This document shows positions 59,709 through 64,000 of a stretch of 64,000 nt of DNA, piece after piece; position 1 is the stretch's first letter, and each line of letters begins with the position of its first letter. The translations under genes and the position numbers were made by a program. The notes under the pieces are model-generated. The model saw only the letters and a list, made by a program, of their open reading frames with translations. It was not told the DNA's origin and ran no database searches. Source of the stretch: Ostreococcus lucimarinus (Eukaryota); assembly GCA_000092065.1 (NCBI GenBank), contig CP000595.1. One strand, 5' to 3'.

Positions 59709-60437
59709 CTAAGAGTACGGTTTGTTCGAACGTGGCAGCTCCCCGCTGACGCGTTGGCGATGCCATTTCCCTTGAACATGTTCCGCCCGCTGCGCCTCGC
59801 TCGTGAACACTTTGCGACACAATTCACAGTGTGGTCCAGGAGGTGGTTTCACGTACCTCCGCCCACCAACACCGCTCGCGCCACCCCCCCCGGCAGCGCT
59901 TCGCACGTTGCTCAAATGCTTCTTCCCGCGCGCGTGCTCGGCGTACTGCGCGTCGCTCGTAAAGTCCATCTGGCACACCTCGCACCGCGGTCGATCCGCG
60001 CGTTTCGCCAAGCGCCGCTCGAGTTCATTTTTAAACGTCCCCGGCGCGTCCTTGCCCTCCCCGTCCGCGCGCGAACCAGCCGGAATCGGCGCGCCACGCG
60101 CGCCGACGCTCGACTTGCCCAAAAACGACCCTCGCGCCCCTTTCCCCTTGTAATCGTTCCCTTCCGGCAGCAACGCCGCGGGAAGCGGTTCTATGCGCGG
60201 TAAATCGTCTCCTCCCACGATGACCTCCACATCATCATCGCTCGACGCTTCCCGGCGCTTCCGTCGTCGTTTCTTTGCTTCCTTTTTTTCTTTTTTTTGC
60301 TTCTTCTTTCGCTTCTTTTCCTTTGACGACGACGACGACGACGCGCTTTCGCTCTCGCTCTCGCTCGGGAGCTCGGCGAGACGTTTTTCTAACGCCTCGA
60401 GCTCGGCATCGATCGCGTTCAGCGCCTCGCGCGGCAT
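59709..60437 (-). CDS. Protein with two U1/matrin-type C2H2 zinc fingers (dsRNA-binding-type ZnF) and a lysine-rich N-terminus
   Basis: ATG at 60437 was verified. The two fingers are CEVCQMDFTSDAQYAEHARGKKH and CELCRKVFTSEAQRAEHVQGKWH. The N-terminal coiled, K/E-rich region looks like an NLS. Confidence 0.55.
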   Translation of the reverse strand: MPREALNAIDAELEALEKRLAELPSESESESASSSSSSKEKKRKKKQKKEKKEAKKRRRKRREASSDDDVEVIVGGDDLPRIEPLPAALLPEGNDYKGKGARGSFLGKSSVGARGAPIPAGSRADGEGKDAPGTFKNELERRLAKRADRPRCEVCQMDFTSDAQYAEHARGKKHLSNVRSAAGGGGASGVGGRRYVKPPPGPHCELCRKVFTSEAQRAEHVQGKWHRQRVSGELPRSNKPYS

Positions 60438-60491
60438 CGCGGGCGTGTCCCAGTGTAACGACTTTCACTGGGACACCGCATTGGGACACGC

Positions 60492-61829
60492 ATGCGATCG
60501 CGCGACGACGACGATTCGGACGCCCTCGACCGGTCGTTCACGTGCGGAGGTTTACGTTACGTCGAGCCGTATCGCCGACGCGTGCGCGTGCGCGTGTCGA
60601 AGCGTCACGAAGGTGCTTTTCGTGACGTGCTCGTCAATCAAGTCTCAAAGTCAGAGTTTGCGGCGCGGAATTCGGACGATGTAGACGCGTACTGGGCGAC
60701 AGCGCTCGCGGCGCGACGCGTGCGGTGCGTGATAGATGCGCTGCGAAAGATGCCGCGCGGCGGGGAGGCGACGGAGGAGATGTGGACGGAGATGGGTGTG
60801 GAACATTTGGACGAGTTCGTCCCGGCGGGGACGCTGCTCGAAATCGAGCGGTGCGTGCACGAGCGGTGCGTCGCGGATGCGATGCCAGAGATCGTGTTTG
60901 AGTGTGAAAAGACTGGGTTAGTCGTGGTGGAGAAACCTGCGGGCGTGCCGGTGCTCGCGGGGGCGGCGCCAGGGTGGCAAGGGTACGGGAATTTGGCGGC
61001 GTTGACGTCGGCGCTGCGGCGTCGCCGCGCGGCGAAGGACGACGCGGCGGACGAAACGCGGCGGACGAAACGCGCGCGCGCGACCGGCGATGCGGGTAAG
61101 GTCTGGGCTGTGAATAGGATCGACGCTCCGGTGAGTGGGATTTGGCTCGCGGCGACGTCGCCGAAATTGGCGGCCAAGGCGAACGTGTGGATGTCGAAAA
61201 CGTCGCTCGGGAAGACGTATTTGGCGCTCGTTCGAGGCGCTCAAATCGAGTGTGGCGTGCGCATCGACTCGCCCCTCGCGAAAGACAAAGAATCATCGTT
61301 AGCCGTGGTTTCGGAAAAGGACGGAAAGCCGTGCGCGACGCGCGTCGTTGTCTTGCAAAGGCGCGAGAGCGAAGACGTCGCCCTCGTAGCGTGTCGTCTG
61401 GAATCGCACGGGCGCTACCACCAGATTCGCGCGCATCTCTCATCCATCGGGCATCCGATCGTCTTCGATAGTGCATACGGCGATGAAGACCCAGAGTCGT
61501 CTTACGCCGGTCGCGCGTACGCCGACGACGCCGAGACCCGGGTCGTCGCTCGAAAGCTCGCCGAGCGTCGAGACGCCGCGTGCGCCGAATGCGACGCCCT
61601 CATCGCCCTCACCGCCTCCGACGACGCCACCACCAAACCCCTCGCCGCCAAGCGCATCCATCTCCACGCCCTTCGATACCAATTCTCCATCCGAGACGTG
61701 AATTACGATTTACGTTCGCTTCGGCTTCCCGAATTCGCGCTCGACGCCCTCGGCGCCGCCGTCTCCGTCGACGACGTCGTCGCCCGCGTCGACGCCCGCG
61801 TCGACGAAATCGAATCCTCTCGCGAGTAG
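60492..61829 (+). CDS. RluA-family pseudouridine synthase (RPUSD/Pus-like)
   Basis: ATG at 60492 was verified. The catalytic motif is VNRIDAPVSGIWLAA (HRLD-equivalent with Asp) and the downstream motif is HQIRAHLSSIGHPIVFDSAYG. Confidence 0.7.
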   Translation: MRSRDDDDSDALDRSFTCGGLRYVEPYRRRVRVRVSKRHEGAFRDVLVNQVSKSEFAARNSDDVDAYWATALAARRVRCVIDALRKMPRGGEATEEMWTEMGVEHLDEFVPAGTLLEIERCVHERCVADAMPEIVFECEKTGLVVVEKPAGVPVLAGAAPGWQGYGNLAALTSALRRRRAAKDDAADETRRTKRARATGDAGKVWAVNRIDAPVSGIWLAATSPKLAAKANVWMSKTSLGKTYLALVRGAQIECGVRIDSPLAKDKESSLAVVSEKDGKPCATRVVVLQRRESEDVALVACRLESHGRYHQIRAHLSSIGHPIVFDSAYGDEDPESSYAGRAYADDAETRVVARKLAERRDAACAECDALIALTASDDATTKPLAAKRIHLHALRYQFSIRDVNYDLRSLRLPEFALDALGAAVSVDDVVARVDARVDEIESSRE

Positions 61830-61986
61830 CGCGTCGTCCTGTGATTTATCTAGCGCTCGAGCGCCGGACGCCGGCGCTCGACGCCGATCCGCGCCGTCCG
61901 CGCGCGCGCCGTCCCGATGTTCCATAGTTAAGGCTCTAATCATCGCAGCCGCCAGGCGTCGCGCGCACTTCGCGCCGCGCGTCGCG

Positions 61987-63582
61987 ATGTTCGGCGCGCC
62001 GCCCGCGAGCGATGGCGCGCGCGACGCGCGGAGCGTGCTGTGCTGCCTGTGCGCGATCCCGATGCACCCGAACCCGAGCGGCATGTGCGTCGAGTGCGTG
62101 CGCACGCAGGTTGACATCACCGAGGGCATCAGCAAAAACTGCGTCGTCACGTATTGCTCGCAGTGCGAGCGCTACCTGCAGCCGCCCAAGCACTGGATCC
62201 GCGCCGATCTCGAGAGCAAAGAGCTGCTGACGTTTTGCATCAAGCGCATCAAGGGATTGCAAAAGGTGAAGCTCGTGGACGCGGGCTTCGTGTGGACGGA
62301 GCCGCACAGTAAACGACTGAAGACGAAGCTGACCATACAGAAGGAAGTGCTGAACGGAGCGATACTGCAGCAGACGTTCGTGACGGAATTTGTGGTGGAG
62401 TGGAGGATGTGCGATGCGTGCGCGCGGAGCGCGGCGAATAGTGATCAGTGGAACGCGTGCGTGCAGGTGCGGCAAAAAGTGGAACATAAGCGGACGTTTT
62501 TGTTCCTCGAGCAGATGATTTTGAAGCACGGCATGGAGCGAGACGCGATCGGGATCAAGAGTCAGCCGGATGGGTTAGATTTTTATTACGGTCATCGATC
62601 GCATGGGTTGAGGTTTGTAGATTTTTTGGGCAGCGTGGTGGCGACGCGGTCGAGGGGCGACAAGCAGTTGGTGTCGCACGACGCGAATAGTAATACGTAC
62701 AATTACAGGTTTACTTTCTTCGTGGAGATCGTGCCGGTGTGCAAGGAAGATTTGGTGGTGATTCCTTTCAAGCTTTCGAAGGAGTTTGGGAGCGTTGGGC
62801 CGGTGATGCTGTGCACGCGGGTGTCGAATTCTTTGCAGTTTACGGATCCGGTGACGATGCGACAGATTTGGATCGATCAGGAAAAGTATTGGCGCCAACC
62901 GTTTCGCGCGGCGGCGACGGCGAAGCAGATGATAGAGTACGTCATCCTTGACGTTGAAGTCGATCAATCCACGAGACAAGGGAAGTTGTGCATGGCGGAT
63001 GTCGAAGTCGCGCGCTCAAGCGATTTCGGCGTCAACGACACGACGTTTTTCGTCAAGACGCACTTGGGGAATATCTTACAAGCGGGCGACACCGCGCTTG
63101 GATACGATTTGACAAATTTGCAAATCGTCGATCCAGAGATGGAGAAGTACTCGGGTAAACATCAAGGCGTTGTGCCGGATGTTTTCCTCGTGAAGAAGTC
63201 GTATGCCGAGAGTCGTCGACGAAGGCGCGAGCGAGGCGTGGCTAGAAATTGGCGTTTACAGCGCATGCAAGTGGAAGAAGACGAAGAAACGCAACAAAGG
63301 TCTCGCGGGAGCGCTGATCGCATGGCTCAGGACGAAGAGTTGTTCTATCAAGAGTTGGAAGAAGACGAGGAAACGCGAGCGCAAGTACAAATTTTCAAGG
63401 ATGAAAACGCCATAAACGCCAACGTCACCGCGGCGGCTGGCGACGACGACGACGACGACGACGACGCACCAGAGGTGCCGATCGAGGAGCTTCTGGATGA
63501 GTTGACTCTATTGCAGCGCCAAGCTGACGACGAGGACGACGAGAACGATCTCGACGATCTCGACGATTCCATGCAAGAGTGA
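61987..63582 (+). CDS. NMD3: 60S ribosomal subunit export adaptor NMD3
   Basis: ATG at 61987 was verified. The N-terminal Cys4 clusters (ILCCLCAIPMHPNPSGMCVECV, TYCSQCERY) and the NMD3 body are collinear with yeast and human NMD3. The acidic C-terminus carries NES-like Leu repeats. Confidence 0.85.
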   Translation: MFGAPPASDGARDARSVLCCLCAIPMHPNPSGMCVECVRTQVDITEGISKNCVVTYCSQCERYLQPPKHWIRADLESKELLTFCIKRIKGLQKVKLVDAGFVWTEPHSKRLKTKLTIQKEVLNGAILQQTFVTEFVVEWRMCDACARSAANSDQWNACVQVRQKVEHKRTFLFLEQMILKHGMERDAIGIKSQPDGLDFYYGHRSHGLRFVDFLGSVVATRSRGDKQLVSHDANSNTYNYRFTFFVEIVPVCKEDLVVIPFKLSKEFGSVGPVMLCTRVSNSLQFTDPVTMRQIWIDQEKYWRQPFRAAATAKQMIEYVILDVEVDQSTRQGKLCMADVEVARSSDFGVNDTTFFVKTHLGNILQAGDTALGYDLTNLQIVDPEMEKYSGKHQGVVPDVFLVKKSYAESRRRRRERGVARNWRLQRMQVEEDEETQQRSRGSADRMAQDEELFYQELEEDEETRAQVQIFKDENAINANVTAAAGDDDDDDDDAPEVPIEELLDELTLLQRQADDEDDENDLDDLDDSMQE

Positions 63583-63660
63583 GAGAGTACATTGTAAAAT
63601 TACATAAAGTCGGTTTATGAACAGAGTTTGTTAAAAGAAAGCGCCGGCCCGGGTCAATGA

Positions 63661-64000
63661 TCACTCCGTGGATGTATAGTCTATCCAATCTCCTTCGTCG
63701 GCTTCCCAATCATCCTCGTCGTCGTCGTCATCGAAATCGTCGTCGTCGTCATCGAGATCGTCGAAAACGTCGCCGTAGGGGCGCGGGCTGTTCATGTTCA
63801 TGAAAGATTTAAGGGGCATGCGCAAGCTTCGGATGTGGTCCTCCAAAACCTCTTGAACCGTGCTAAGGTCCGTCTCATCGGATTTGTGTTCGTCTGGCGA
63901 CATTCTGTGGGTGTTGCTCCGTACGTCAGGGCGCCAACCTTCGAGATGTGACACGTGCGTGCAAATTATATTTGTAACATTTCGCACGGTATCCAAGTCG
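63661..64000 (-). CDS. Hypothetical protein with highly acidic C-terminus; 5' part may lie beyond the window end
   Basis: The ORF is open to the window edge; the ORF-track M at 63996 is TTG. The first internal ATG is at 63903 (MSPDEHKSDETDL...DDDDDDFDDDDDEDDWEADEGDWIDY). No family was assigned. Confidence 0.3.
   Translation of the reverse strand, partial: DLDTVRNVTNIICTHVSHLEGWRPDVRSNTHRMSPDEHKSDETDLSTVQEVLEDHIRSLRMPLKSFMNMNSPRPYGDVFDDLDDDDDDFDDDDDEDDWEADEGDWIDYTSTE

Noticed and set aside
1-64000. Prokaryote-style features: operons, a defence island, CRISPR arrays, IS elements, Shine-Dalgarno sites, rho-independent terminators
   Set aside because: The proteins are eukaryotic (spliceosome, proteasome, NEDD8, nucleolar factors), introns are present, and genes alternate strands with individual promoters. 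No direct-repeat/spacer arrays or transposase ORFs are present. The hairpin at 33272-33326 sits in a promoter, not at a gene end.

Overview
This window is eukaryotic nuclear DNA, not prokaryotic. It has very high GC (about 65-70%), is extremely gene-dense at roughly one gene per 1.6 kb, and is almost intron-free. The predicted proteins are typical of a green alga: plant-type PDS, VDE, ZEP, PTOX, Psb28, a CBL calcium sensor, NEDD8, SF3B6, a Fused kinase and a CFAP-like protein. That points to a prasinophyte (Mamiellophyceae, Micromonas/Ostreococcus-like) chromosome. I support about 39 protein-coding genes on both strands. Three genes (Spb1/FtsJ3, dephospho-CoA kinase, proteasome Rpn5) appear frame-broken in the ORF track but are rescued by short GC-rich introns that share a GTGCGY donor, CTGAC branch site and CAG acceptor. 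Many ORFs in the track start at TTG, GTG or CTG, so I trimmed starts to the first in-frame ATG that I verified in the sequence. Most other long ORFs are antisense shadows of real genes, which is expected in GC-rich DNA. I found no rRNA or tRNA genes, CRISPR arrays or transposons. The most interesting content is a photoprotection and carotenoid neighbourhood. Violaxanthin de-epoxidase and zeaxanthin epoxidase are transcribed divergently from a shared 238-bp promoter, with Psb28 directly adjacent. Phytoene desaturase and the plastid terminal oxidase lie in the same 64 kb. Other notable items are a protease-dead FtsH (FtsHi), an inositol-monophosphatase/kinase-like fusion protein, an N4BP2/Cue2-like Smr protein carrying a 2H-phosphoesterase-like N-terminus, and a divergent promoter holding an 80-bp tandem duplication plus a perfect 21-bp-arm palindrome. 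Several head-to-head gene pairs have only 29-82 bp between their start codons.
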